Below are positions 28,641-38,330 of a stretch of 64,000 bases of DNA, piece after piece; positions within the stretch are counted from its first letter, which is position 1, and each line of letters opens with the position of its first letter. This DNA comes from Candidatus Nanoarchaeia archaeon (GTDB lineage: Archaea; Nanobdellota; Nanobdellia; SCGC-AAA011-G17; GW2011-AR17): NCBI GenBank assembly GCA_028706745.1, contig JAQTVM010000007.1, positions 7,008-71,007 on the forward strand. Reading direction: 5' to 3'. The translations under genes and the position numbers were made by a program. The notes under the pieces are model-generated. The model made no database searches and was not told where the DNA came from. It saw only the letters and a list, made by a program, of their open reading frames with translations.

Positions 28641-29024
28641 ATGAAAAGAAGCACATTGGCAGGAATTTTAATGGGGATTGGCGTCGCAGGCATGGCTCCG
28701 ACACTTATCGTGAGATCTATTGCTGAAACGGATGTATTGCAGCAGGCACAAGTATATCAAAGAGTGCAGCAGCTTGAAGAAGAGTTGGCAGAATGCAGAG
28801 ACAATAATTATATGGACAGCGAGAAGTGCACAATTATGCAAACTTCTTATAATTCGCTAATGGACGACACTAATACAAGCAAGGCATTATATGATTATGC
28901 AAAAGAAAATAGACGCAACGCGGATTTTAATGCGCTGCAGGAAATATTTGCCATACCGTTTTGGTTGGGCATTGGCTTGAGCATAAAACCAAAGAAAGAA
29001 GAAACCAAGGAAGAGAAGAAATAG
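28641..29024 (+). CDS. hypothetical secreted/membrane-anchored protein
   Basis: start at the internal ATG preceded by GAAAGG; MKRSTLAGILMGIGVAGMAPTLIVRS signal/TM; C-terminal TM then KKEETKEEKK. Confidence 0.45.
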   Translation: MKRSTLAGILMGIGVAGMAPTLIVRSIAETDVLQQAQVYQRVQQLEEELAECRDNNYMDSEKCTIMQTSYNSLMDDTNTSKALYDYAKENRRNADFNALQEIFAIPFWLGIGLSIKPKKEETKEEKK

Positions 29025-29149
29025 AAGCAGTAATTCTCTTTTGTTCTTATTTTTAATTTTATTGGCATTTTCGTTTTTAGCTTTCATATCTAGAATATCT
29101 AGAATCTCTTGGGATTAACGTTAAATAGCCTTATTATTGAAAAATTCGT

Positions 29150-29359
29150 ATGCAGCATCCAAAAGCACAAGGTTTAAATATGCACACTGATTTCAGTGTA
29201 GACATGGGAACATTAACTGTATCTGTGCCGGAAGAATTTCTTGAAGCAAAGAAGAAGTACCCGCACATAAACTGGAACGAAGTGCTGAAGCAGGGCATAC
29301 TGAAAAGGCTCAATGAGCTTAAGAAGTTCGAGGAGCTGAAAAGGAAGGGTGTAATCTAA
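29150..29359 (+). CDS. antitoxin-like small protein (paralog of the next ORF)
   Basis: shares the …INWNEV… motif with 29361-29663 (…VNWSEA…) and 46486-46707 (…INWSAV…). Confidence 0.45.
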   Translation: MQHPKAQGLNMHTDFSVDMGTLTVSVPEEFLEAKKKYPHINWNEVLKQGILKRLNELKKFEELKRKGVI

Positions 29360-29360
29360 G

Positions 29361-29663
29361 ATGCCAAGCGCAACACTTACAATGCAGGAGGATACTTTGG
29401 CAGAGCTGGAGGCATTCCCGTGGGTAAACTGGTCAGAGGCTGCAAGGGAGGAATTCATTAAAAAGCTGATTTTCGAGGAATACATGAAGACAGGAAAGCT
29501 CAGCAGGGAGCACGAGGAGTTCTGCGAAGAGATTGACTGGCACCCCGTGGACGAACTTCCGCTGAAGAAGGAATTCGTCGCAAAACTGCAAAAAACGATT
29601 AAAGGCCCGCACACGCCCCAAATGGACAAAGGCGAATTCATAAAGTGGCTTAACAAACTATGA
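29361..29663 (+). CDS. putative antitoxin of the RelE/ParE-like toxin
   Basis: 100 aa; 4-nt overlap with the downstream toxin gene. Confidence 0.5.
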   Translation: MPSATLTMQEDTLAELEAFPWVNWSEAAREEFIKKLIFEEYMKTGKLSREHEEFCEEIDWHPVDELPLKKEFVAKLQKTIKGPHTPQMDKGEFIKWLNKL

Positions 29664-29932
29664 GCCTAAAAGCAATTGTTTCTGAAGAGTTGGAATCAGC
29701 CCTGAAAACCCTCAAAAAGAAAGACAGGGCAATGTATAATGCGGTTGAAAAAAAGATGATACAGATAGTTTCAGGAGGCATGGAAAGCATCAGGCATTTT
29801 AAGAACCTTAAAGGAGGGCTGTCTGATTTCAAAAGAGTACACATAGGGCATTTTGTGCTTAAATTCCGTGTAGAACAAGAGAATGTAATCTTTGAATCAT
29901 TCGAGCACCACGACGACGCCTATGAGAAATAG
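29660..29932 (+). CDS. RelE/ParE-family type II toxin
   Basis: 90 aa; KRVHIGHFVLKFRVEQENVIFESFEHHDDAY resembles the RelE/ParE core. Confidence 0.65.
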   Translation: MSLKAIVSEELESALKTLKKKDRAMYNAVEKKMIQIVSGGMESIRHFKNLKGGLSDFKRVHIGHFVLKFRVEQENVIFESFEHHDDAYEK

Positions 29933-29950
29933 CCCTGAAGAAGTTTGAAT

Positions 29951-30589
29951 TTACCAAAATCTTCTCTTGTATAACTCTATCGTATCCCTCGTATCTTCGT
30001 CAAAATCCTGAAAATCAGAGCAGAAAACCTCCGGAAACATTATTGAAGAGGGTTTTTCAGAATGCCCTGCATAAAACATGTGCGCAATCTCGTGAATAAG
30101 AAGATATTGCGTGCAGTCGCCCCAAAAGGGATTTACCCTTACAATCCTTGCAACAAGATTTGAGTCAGCGTCGTTAATGCGCCCGTTGCTGTATGCCTTG
30201 TGCGTAAAGACAAGCTCAAAATCATCAGCATCTGAAATCCTGTCAGCAAGCGCCCCGCTTTCTGTCAATTCAGGAATTTCCACATTGCCCCTGCAGTATG
30301 GAACAAGATTAATGCCGAATTCTCCCCTATATTTTTCTTTTGCAAATTCAAAAGCTGCAAGTGATTCCCTTCTTTCATTTTCAGGTATCTCATTGCCGAA
30401 ATAAATCCCTATGCTTACATCCCTTATCTCATTCCTGTCAAACGGAAAATTAATGCCTGAGGCATTGCAGTAAACAGAGTTTGTCAGGATTTGATTGCCG
30501 TAATAAGAATTGTCAAATGCAAAAACACCGGCGGCAGCCATAGAACCGGCAAGAGCAATACAAAGCCCAAGCCTTGGTTTTTTAGCCAT
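29951..30589 (-). CDS. secreted zinc metallopeptidase (HEXXH…H)
   Basis: start at the internal Met MAKKPRLGLCIALAGSMAAAGVFA (signal peptide); LIHEIAHMFYAGH zinc motif. Confidence 0.65.
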   Translation of the reverse strand: MAKKPRLGLCIALAGSMAAAGVFAFDNSYYGNQILTNSVYCNASGINFPFDRNEIRDVSIGIYFGNEIPENERRESLAAFEFAKEKYRGEFGINLVPYCRGNVEIPELTESGALADRISDADDFELVFTHKAYSNGRINDADSNLVARIVRVNPFWGDCTQYLLIHEIAHMFYAGHSEKPSSIMFPEVFCSDFQDFDEDTRDTIELYKRRFW

Positions 30590-30707
30590 ACCTCTCAATG
30601 AGAGGTTATATCTGTGCAGTATATAAATATTTGTTAAAAAAGGGGCTGAATGCAAAAAGACAGCATAAGGCAAAAGGTATAAAAGCAAAGAAATGGCTTA
30701 AATTACC

Positions 30708-31355
30708 ATGGCATTGATAGCAGGCATTGATGAAGCCGGAAGAGGCCCTTGTGTTGGTCCGCTTGTGATATGCGCTTACATGATAAACGAGAAAGACATG
30801 GGGATTCTTGCAAACATAGGGGCAAAGGATTCAAAGCTTCTTTCTCCTGTAAAAAGGCAGAAGATGTTTGCCGAGCTGCAAAAAGCTGCAAAGGGCTATG
30901 AAATTATTGAGATTTCTCCTGCTGAAATTGATGAAGCAGTTGAAAGCGAAAATACCAACCTTAACTGGCTCGAGGCGCAGAAAGCAGCAATAATGCTTAA
31001 CAGGCTGAATCCTGACATTGCAATCATTGACTGCCCTTCCCCAAACTTAAAGGCATACAAGGAGTTTGTTTACACGTGCCTGAAAAAAAAGGATATGGAG
31101 CTGATTATAGAACACAAGGCTGAGAAGCATCTTCCTGTAGCTGCAGCAAGCATTCTTGCAAAGGTTACAAGAGACAAGAGAATTGAGGAAATAAAGCAGA
31201 AAATTGGATTGGATTTCGGCTCAGGCTATCCTGCTGACCCCCTGACAAAGGCATTCATAGAGAAGTATTGGAAGAATTATCCTGATATCATAAGAAAATC
31301 GTGGGGCACGTATAAGGCTGTTGCGAACAAGCAGAAAACTATCGGGGAGTTCTAG
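30708..31355 (+). CDS. rnhB: ribonuclease HII
   Basis: 215 aa; GIDEAGRGPCVGPLV N-terminal catalytic motif. Confidence 0.9.
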   Translation: MALIAGIDEAGRGPCVGPLVICAYMINEKDMGILANIGAKDSKLLSPVKRQKMFAELQKAAKGYEIIEISPAEIDEAVESENTNLNWLEAQKAAIMLNRLNPDIAIIDCPSPNLKAYKEFVYTCLKKKDMELIIEHKAEKHLPVAAASILAKVTRDKRIEEIKQKIGLDFGSGYPADPLTKAFIEKYWKNYPDIIRKSWGTYKAVANKQKTIGEF

Positions 31356-31864
31356 AATCCCCAGTGCCTTTGATAAGGTTTTTCCTTTATCTTGTTCTTT
31401 TCAGCTTCGTCGTATTTTCTTGCAAGCCTGTGAATCTCAGCCCTGTGCGCCAAGTAAGTGAAAGGTATTTCCTTCTTGTCTGTGCTTAATCCTTCTCCTC
31501 TTCTTACTGCCTTTTCCAAATCCTCATCGCTTTCAATAAGCATGCACGGCAAATAGATTCCCACTTCTTTTGCAGCAGCAAGCCTGTGGTGCCCGTTGTA
31601 GATAATATGAGAGCCTTTTTCCTTCAAATCCTCAGGCGCTTCCATAACAGGAACAAGAGGAACGTAAAACCATCCTTCCCCTACATCCTGGTTTGCCTTT
31701 GTAGGATGCCTTATAACCCTTACAGCTTCTTCAGCGTCCCTTAGAATCTCGTCTAATGAGCGGCTCATTGCCTTCTCTTCCCTCGCCCTTTTCAGCAGGG
31801 ACATTTCAGCTATTCCGTGCTCCCAAGGCAATACCAATTCCGGCTTTAAGACTAGCGGTTTCAT
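31352..31864 (-). CDS. ParB/sulfiredoxin-like nuclease-domain protein
   Basis: 170 aa; IIYNGHHRLAAAKEVG motif. Confidence 0.5.
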   Translation of the reverse strand: MKPLVLKPELVLPWEHGIAEMSLLKRAREEKAMSRSLDEILRDAEEAVRVIRHPTKANQDVGEGWFYVPLVPVMEAPEDLKEKGSHIIYNGHHRLAAAKEVGIYLPCMLIESDEDLEKAVRRGEGLSTDKKEIPFTYLAHRAEIHRLARKYDEAEKNKIKEKPYQRHWGF

Positions 31865-32040
31865 AGGGATTTTAGGCTATTTTCAGGTTTATAAATCTTT
31901 TGTAAGTTGTTATTTATTAGTGGTGTTTATAAAAGCGGAGAAAGCCAGCCTCCGGCATAAAAGAAATGCCTTCTTAGTTTTAGCATTAATAATTTCAAAA
32001 ATTAACCGAAACTCATAAATAGATGCTTCCTTGACATATT

Positions 32041-33534
32041 ATGATGAAAATTTTATTTATTTACCCGAAATACCCTGAAACCTTCTGGAGCTTCAGGCAT
32101 GCTTTGAAGTTTGTCGCCAAGAAATCAGCATTTCCACCCCTTGGAGCCCTGACAGTTGCCGCAATGCTGCCCGGAGAATGGGAAAAAAGGCTTGTTGACG
32201 AGAATGTATCAAAGCTGAAAGACAAGGATATTGAATGGGCTGACATGGTTTTCATAAGCGCAATGCTTGCGCAGGGAGAGAGGGCAAAGGAGATTATTCA
32301 AAGATGCAAGGAAAAAGCAAAAATAGTTGTTGCAGGCGGGCCTGCATTCACTTCACAGCCTGAAAAATTCGAAAATGTTGACCATTTTGTTTTGAATGAA
32401 GCTGAAACCACGCTCCCTATGTTTTTAGAAGATTTTGAGAATGGAAAGCTAAAACATATATACACTTCAGAGGAAAGGCCGGACATTTCAAAAACCCCGC
32501 TTCCCTTATGGGAGATTCTTAATTTCAAGAAATACTCCTCAATGGCAATCCAGTATTCAAGGGGGTGTCCTTTTAACTGCGAATTCTGCGACATAATAAT
32601 ACTGAACGGAAGAATTCCAAGGACAAAAACAGCAGAACAAATGGTGGGCGAGTTCCAGCATTTGTATGACGCAGGATGGCGCGGCTCAATATTTGTGGTG
32701 GATGATAATTTCATCGGCAATAAGGCGAATGTAAAACAGATGCTGCCTGAATTAATCCAATGGCAGCAGGCGCATAAATACCCTTTTATGCTTTTGACAG
32801 AGGCAAGCGTCAATCTGGCAGAAGACGAGGAGCTTATGCAGATGATGAGCAGGGCAAATTTCCACAAGGTTTTCCTCGGCATTGAAACGCCGGATTCTGA
32901 AAGCCTGAAGGAATGCGGCAAAGTCCAAAATACAAACAAAAACCTCGCTGAATCCGTAAGATTAATACACAACCACGGAATGCAGGTAATGGGCGGGTTT
33001 ATAGTCGGATTTGACAATGACAACGAGCTGATTTTTGACAGGCAGATAGGATTCATACAAAAGGCAGGCGTTGTAACTGCAATGATAGGGACATTGACTG
33101 CACTGCCTCACACACAATTATGGAACCGGCTGAAAACAGAAGGCAGGCTCAAGGGAGACAGCACAGGGGAAAACACAGAAGCAAGCGTGAACTTTGAGCC
33201 AAAGATGGGAAGGAAAAAGCTTGCAGAAGGCTACAAAAACCTTGTCCTGAAAGCATATTCATACAAGAATTATTACAAAAGAGTCAACACGTTTATCAAG
33301 GACTACAAGCCGACTGCTGTCTCGAGGCTTAAAAAGCAGGACATAAGGGCTTTTTTAATGAGCATTTGGAGAATAGGAATATTTTCAAAAGCAAGCCCGA
33401 GATACTGGAAACTTCTTATAAAAACAAGCATTACCAAAAGAAAGGCGGTTCCTGTTGCAGTGGAGCTTGCAATCTGCGGACTGCATTTCAGGAAGTTCGC
33501 AAAAAGGACTGCAAGGGCAGTGCAGAACATTTAG
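32041..33534 (+). CDS. B12-binding-domain radical SAM protein
   Basis: 497 aa; N-terminal cobalamin-binding-like domain; CPFNCEFC (CxxxCxxC) radical SAM cluster motif. Confidence 0.85.
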   Translation: MMKILFIYPKYPETFWSFRHALKFVAKKSAFPPLGALTVAAMLPGEWEKRLVDENVSKLKDKDIEWADMVFISAMLAQGERAKEIIQRCKEKAKIVVAGGPAFTSQPEKFENVDHFVLNEAETTLPMFLEDFENGKLKHIYTSEERPDISKTPLPLWEILNFKKYSSMAIQYSRGCPFNCEFCDIIILNGRIPRTKTAEQMVGEFQHLYDAGWRGSIFVVDDNFIGNKANVKQMLPELIQWQQAHKYPFMLLTEASVNLAEDEELMQMMSRANFHKVFLGIETPDSESLKECGKVQNTNKNLAESVRLIHNHGMQVMGGFIVGFDNDNELIFDRQIGFIQKAGVVTAMIGTLTALPHTQLWNRLKTEGRLKGDSTGENTEASVNFEPKMGRKKLAEGYKNLVLKAYSYKNYYKRVNTFIKDYKPTAVSRLKKQDIRAFLMSIWRIGIFSKASPRYWKLLIKTSITKRKAVPVAVELAICGLHFRKFAKRTARAVQNI

Positions 33535-33630
33535 TCACTGATGTTTCGCAAACGCAAAACTTTTAAATACTATCTTTCTCTACATATCATCTATAATCAG
33601 AGGTAAAAGGGGAGACAATAGCAATATAAT

Positions 33631-36600
33631 ATGCCTGCAATAAAAAAGCTGGTAATGAAAGGTTTTAAGTCTTTTGCAAAAAGGACAGAGCTCGACTTTA
33701 ACAGCAATTTTGCTGTTGTTTTGGGGCCCAACGGCTCGGGCAAATCAAATGTCACTGACGCAATCTGCTTTGCATTGGGCACAAGCTCTGCAAAAACATT
33801 AAGGGCTGAAAGCTCTGCAAAGCTCATCTACCACGGCGGCGAAAAAGGAAGCCCTGCAAAAGAGGCGGAAGTCAGCATTGTTTTTGCAAACGAGGGAAAG
33901 GCATTTCCGTTTGAAGGCGAGGAATTCACAGTATCAAGAATTCTTAAGCACAACGGGCAGAGCACTTACAAGCTTAACGGAAAAACAGTCACAAGACAGC
34001 AGATACTTGACCTGCTTGCAGCAGGGAGAATCAACCCCGACGGACATAACATAATTCTACAGGGCGAAATAACCCACTTCTCAGAGATGAGGCCAAATGA
34101 GAGAAGGCAGATTATAGAAGAGATAGCGGGAATTTCTGTTTACGAGGACAAGAAAACAAAAGCGCTTCTTGAATTGCAGCACGTGCAGGAAAAGCTGAAC
34201 GAAGCGGAAATAATTCTTGCAGAAAGGCAGAAGACGCTGAATGAATTAAAGGCAGACAGGGACTCTGCAATGCAATTCAGGGAAAAAGAGGATGTTCTCA
34301 CGAGAAACAAGGCAACAAGAGTCAGCCTGCAAATCAATGAGATGAACGAAAAAAAGGAAAAAGCAGAGAAATCAAAGGCAGGCATTCAAAAAGAAGTTGA
34401 CAAGCTCAAGCTCGACATTGAAGATATGAAGAAAGAGGTTGAGGCAAAGAAAGCAAGGATAAAAGAAATCATAAGCCACATTGAAGAAAGGTCAGGAGTT
34501 GAGCAGAAGGACATTTCAGGCAAGGTTGAAAATTCAAAGGGCGAAATCGCAAGAAAGCAGGCAAGGAAGGAGGTTTGCGAAGGAGAGGTTGGAAAACTCA
34601 CGCAGAGGAAGAAATCCCTTGAAAGCGAAATAAAGGCAATCGAAGGGCAGATAAAAGAGTTTGAGGGAAAAAAACAGCTTGCTGCAAACAGGATTGGAAT
34701 ATTTGATTCAGACGAAAAATCAATACAGCAGAAGATTGACGCCTGGAAAAAGAAGCACGGCGTTTCTGATGCAGAGGAATGCGGCAAAAGAATAGCAGAG
34801 ATAGAAGCGGAAGAAGAAGGGCTTAACAAAACCGCATTTGAACTGAACCAGAAAAAGATGGATGCGCAAAGGAAAAAGGAAGTTGCGCAGATTGAGCTTA
34901 ACGGAGTCAATGCAAAAATAAAGGAAATAGAGGATGAGATTCACAAGGACAAGGAAAAATTCGCGCAATTGAAATTGAAAAGGGAAGAATTCAAGAACGT
35001 AACGCAGAAGCTTGCAAAAGCCCTTAATGAAAATTCTGTTTTTGCGTCCCAGCTTGCAGATGCGAGAAAAGAATATGATGAAGAGAATGAAAAGCTTGCA
35101 AAACTGAAAGCGCGGGCAATAGGCATAAGGGAAAATGCAGCCGCGGATATTGCACTGCAGAAGATAAGGGAAGCAAAGATTGACGGAGTCATCGGGCTTG
35201 TCAGCGAATTGGGGACAGTAAGCTCAAAATATGCATTGGCTTTGGAAGTTGCCGCTGCGCAAAGGATGAAAAGCGTTGTTGTAAACACAGACTCTACAGC
35301 TGCAAAATGCATTTCTTATCTTAGAGAGAATAAATTGGGAATTGTCACTTTTTTGCCAATGAACAAGATACAGGAAGCGCTTGTTGAACAAGAAGCTGAG
35401 AAAGCTGCAAAAGAAAAAGGAGTCATAGGATTTGCAGCAAGCCTTGTTTCTTTTGAGCCAAAATACAAAAATATTTTCAGGTATGTGTTCGGCTCCACGC
35501 TGATTGTGGAGGACATGGCAACAGCGAGAAGAATAGGAATCGGAAGGGCAAGAATGGCCACTCTTGAAGGCGACATTGCAGAAAGAAGCGGGGCAATGAC
35601 AGGCGGATTCAGGATGAGAAAGACAGGCATGGGATTCAGGGAAAAAGAGCTTGAGCATGACCTGGAGAATTCAGAGAAAGACGCGGGAAGCCTTGTCCAG
35701 ATGGTTAACATGCTTGAGGAGAAAAAAACAAAAAATGAGGAGGAAATATCTCAGTTAAGGGAAAGAAAAGTGGCTTTGGAAACAGAGCTGAAGCTTGCAG
35801 GAGATTCTGAAGAAGTTTCATCTGACCTGAAAAAACTCAATGAGCAGAAAGACGGCTTTGAAAAGCAACTGCAGGAATTCCTGAAAGAGTTTGAGGAGTC
35901 AGGCAAGAGCCTTCTTGCAGTAAATGAATCTGTTGAAAAGCTGAAAACAGAAAAGAATGCATTAAGGGAAAAGGTTACAAAAGCCGGAAAGGCAAGCATG
36001 GAAGAGCTTTCTGCTTTGGAAGACGAGCTCAGGCTTGCAAAAGAAAACAAGATGAAAGAGCAGGGCGGCTCTGAAACTGTTGATATGCAGATAGGGATAC
36101 AAAAGCAGGAGCTTCAGAAGGTAAAAGATATCATAGGGCAGAATGAAAGAGCAAAAGAGGGATTCTACAGCGAGATAAAGCAGCTTGCAGAAGAGCTTTC
36201 AAAGGAAAAGGATTCTCTTAAAGAGCTTGAGTCAACTCAAAGAAAAGTTGCTTCAGAGTTCCAGAAGATGTTCAAGGAAAAAGATGAATTAAAGGACAAG
36301 GTTGCAGCCATTGAAGGAAGAATAATCGGAAAAGAGGAAAACCTCAGGCATAGGGAAGAGAAAGAAAACGAGTTTTCAGTCAAGATTGCAGAGATTTTAG
36401 GAGGCGTTGCAGGGCTTGAAAAAGAGTTTGAGCAGTATGCAAGCGTGCAGTTGAGAAGAGGGCTTACAATAGAGCAGCTGAATACAGAGGTTTCAGCCAT
36501 TGAAAGAGAGCTTAAGGCAATGGGAAATATCAATATGCGCGCCTTGGAAGTTTATGAGAAGGCAAACGAAGAATGCAAAAACCTGCTTGAAAAGCACGAA

Positions 36601-37116
36601 AAGCTCAAGCTTGAGAAGGAAGATGTGCTTAACATGATGCTGAGCATTGAAGAGAAGAAGAAAGGGGCTTTCATGGAGGTGTTTGACAAGCTGAAAGGCA
36701 ACTTCCAAAAGATATTCGCATCATTGTCAACAAAAGGCGAGGTTAATCTGGTAATCGAAAATGCAGAAAATCCTTTTGAAGGCGGAATTGACATAACAGT
36801 AAGGGTTGGGAGCAACAAGTTTGTTGATATCATAGGATTCTCAGGCGGAGAAAAAACCCTGGCTGCTTTGGCATTCCTGTTTGCAATACAGGAATTCAAT
36901 CCCGCCCCTTTCTATGTAATGGACGAGGTTGATGCAGCCCTTGATAAAATGAATTCAGACATGCTTTCAAGGCTTCTTGCAGCATATTCAGGCAAGTCAC
37001 AGTATATAGTCATTTCTCACAATGACGGAGTCATATCAGCCGCTGATTCTGTTTATGGCGTTTCTTTGCCAAAAGACGGACACGGCATGTCAAAAGTAGT
37101 AAGCCTTAAAATTTAA
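33631..37116 (+). CDS. smc: chromosome segregation protein SMC
   Basis: 1161 aa; N-terminal Walker A GPNGSGKSN, long coiled coils, hinge, C-terminal LSGGEKTLAALAFLFAI…YVMDEVDAALD. Confidence 0.9.
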   Translation: MPAIKKLVMKGFKSFAKRTELDFNSNFAVVLGPNGSGKSNVTDAICFALGTSSAKTLRAESSAKLIYHGGEKGSPAKEAEVSIVFANEGKAFPFEGEEFTVSRILKHNGQSTYKLNGKTVTRQQILDLLAAGRINPDGHNIILQGEITHFSEMRPNERRQIIEEIAGISVYEDKKTKALLELQHVQEKLNEAEIILAERQKTLNELKADRDSAMQFREKEDVLTRNKATRVSLQINEMNEKKEKAEKSKAGIQKEVDKLKLDIEDMKKEVEAKKARIKEIISHIEERSGVEQKDISGKVENSKGEIARKQARKEVCEGEVGKLTQRKKSLESEIKAIEGQIKEFEGKKQLAANRIGIFDSDEKSIQQKIDAWKKKHGVSDAEECGKRIAEIEAEEEGLNKTAFELNQKKMDAQRKKEVAQIELNGVNAKIKEIEDEIHKDKEKFAQLKLKREEFKNVTQKLAKALNENSVFASQLADARKEYDEENEKLAKLKARAIGIRENAAADIALQKIREAKIDGVIGLVSELGTVSSKYALALEVAAAQRMKSVVVNTDSTAAKCISYLRENKLGIVTFLPMNKIQEALVEQEAEKAAKEKGVIGFAASLVSFEPKYKNIFRYVFGSTLIVEDMATARRIGIGRARMATLEGDIAERSGAMTGGFRMRKTGMGFREKELEHDLENSEKDAGSLVQMVNMLEEKKTKNEEEISQLRERKVALETELKLAGDSEEVSSDLKKLNEQKDGFEKQLQEFLKEFEESGKSLLAVNESVEKLKTEKNALREKVTKAGKASMEELSALEDELRLAKENKMKEQGGSETVDMQIGIQKQELQKVKDIIGQNERAKEGFYSEIKQLAEELSKEKDSLKELESTQRKVASEFQKMFKEKDELKDKVAAIEGRIIGKEENLRHREEKENEFSVKIAEILGGVAGLEKEFEQYASVQLRRGLTIEQLNTEVSAIERELKAMGNINMRALEVYEKANEECKNLLEKHEKLKLEKEDVLNMMLSIEEKKKGAFMEVFDKLKGNFQKIFASLSTKGEVNLVIENAENPFEGGIDITVRVGSNKFVDIIGFSGGEKTLAALAFLFAIQEFNPAPFYVMDEVDAALDKMNSDMLSRLLAAYSGKSQYIVISHNDGVISAADSVYGVSLPKDGHGMSKVVSLKI

Positions 37117-37473
37117 GGGCTATACCCTGTTTAAATGCAAATATCTAAAAAAGTATATATTGCAACATATATCTTGAATCACAATAGTGTTTATATAGAA
37201 GTTATGCCTAATATACATTGCTCGAAAGAGCGGACGGGACAATTCGGTTGCCCTGGAAAGGGTGTGACCATACAAGCCTCTGTCAGGTGTTCAGCCATGT
37301 ACACGATGCCTGGACTATAACTCATCGTGGAACCCTGCACTTGTTAAGCTTCCTTATGGCGCGCAGAAGATAACCTTTAAAGCATTGCGGAAGGCTAAGT
37401 TCAGATCCGCAGAGGTGCTTGAGGCACTTTTGCACCGAGTCCAGCTGTCCATTTCTAACGAGGTGATAAACTA

Positions 37474-37599
37474 ATGGCTAAAAAGAAAGCTAAAGCTGCA
37501 AAATTCAAGGGAAGAAAGCCGAGCAAGAAAGGCAAGGCTTCAAAAGTAAAGAAGATTATAAAAGCCTTGAAAAGCCCAAAGAAAAAAAAGAAAAGATAA
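37474..37599 (+). CDS. 41-aa lysine-rich small basic protein (not in ORF track)
   Basis: GAGGTGA SD 7 nt upstream of ATG; MAKKKAKAAKFKGRKPSKKGKASKVKKIIKALKSPKKKKKR. Confidence 0.45.
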   Translation: MAKKKAKAAKFKGRKPSKKGKASKVKKIIKALKSPKKKKKR

Positions 37600-37621
37600 T
37601 TATTTTTCTTAATTTTTTATT

Positions 37622-38161
37622 CTACATTATTTTCACTAATATCAAAGCAATAGCGCAATATTTCAACAGCAGCCCCATAAAGCTGTATGCTAAAACTTTC
37701 TTAAGCTTATATCCGAGCATTCCTGCTATTAGCACAGCAATCGGAGAAGATAAGGGGGACAGGTTAAATAAAAATATTATTAATTCATTATATTTGTCAA
37801 TCTTTCTTTTTGTTTTCTTATACCTCTTTTCTCCGATAAGGCTTATAAGAATCTTGTCGCTGACAAAATACCCAATAAGGTAATCAATGGATTGGGCAGC
37901 TATGGCTGTCACTAATGCAAGAAAAATAAGCAGGGGGATATTGGTTCCAATGCCGACAAAATACATGAATAACAGCTCCACAGGCGACAATATGAAAAAA
38001 AGATATCCTAAAAAATGGACAATTACAAAGGAAATAATGCTTGGCTTGTACATTCCAATCCATGAGCCGGCAATTACAGCAGAAAGCATGTAAATTCCAA
38101 CTCCAAGCCCTATCAAAAGCGCAAGCATGCTTAGCTTTAGTTTATAGTTTCTAAATTGCAT
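37622..38161 (-). CDS. DedA/TVP38-like membrane protein
   Basis: start placed at the internal Met MQFRNYKLKL; multiple TM helices; …SIDYLIGY…RYKKTKRKIDKYNELIIFLFNLSP…. Confidence 0.55.
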   Translation of the reverse strand: MQFRNYKLKLSMLALLIGLGVGIYMLSAVIAGSWIGMYKPSIISFVIVHFLGYLFFILSPVELLFMYFVGIGTNIPLLIFLALVTAIAAQSIDYLIGYFVSDKILISLIGEKRYKKTKRKIDKYNELIIFLFNLSPLSSPIAVLIAGMLGYKLKKVLAYSFMGLLLKYCAIALILVKIM

Positions 38162-38233
38162 TTTATCACTTCTATTCCATAGGTTATAAGGGCAATATCT
38201 GCTTATAAGATTTATGCTGACGTTGTTATTCGC

Positions 38234-38330
38234 AGCGCAGAGTATTCTCACTTCGTTAGAAGTTCCACGCTACTCGTAGCGGAGAGTATTCTCACTTCGT
38301 TCGAAGCTCCACGCTATTCGTAGCGCAGAG
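38234..38330. repeat. ~44-bp tandem direct repeat x2 (AGAGTATTCTCACTTCGTT[A/C]GAAG[T/C]TCCACGCTA[C/T]TCGTAGCG), each unit ending in a 6-2-6 palindrome
   Basis: read directly; lies between the DedA-like gene start and the ABC permease stop. Confidence 0.7.

Noticed and set aside
28195-28704. 169-aa minus-strand ORF antisense to the TrmB paralog gene
   Set aside because: The plus-strand gene has a clear TrmB wHTH. The antisense frame is Ser/Phe-rich.
32298-33056. 252-aa minus-strand ORF inside the B12-binding radical SAM gene
   Set aside because: Antisense to a gene with clear CxxxCxxC and B12-domain motifs; no RBS.
34140-36899. Series of minus-strand ORFs (81-174 aa) rich in Ser/Phe/Leu/Cys inside the smc gene
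   Set aside because: They are antisense translations of the K/E-rich SMC coiled-coil codons (AAG/GAA read as CTT/TTC). They have low complexity and no starts with an RBS, while the smc frame is intact and conserved.
37200-37470. Possible SRP RNA or RNase P RNA downstream of smc
   Set aside because: I could not find the universally conserved SRP helix-8 or RNase P P4/CR-I motifs by eye. It is kept only as an unexplained structured region in the findings, and an Rfam scan is needed.
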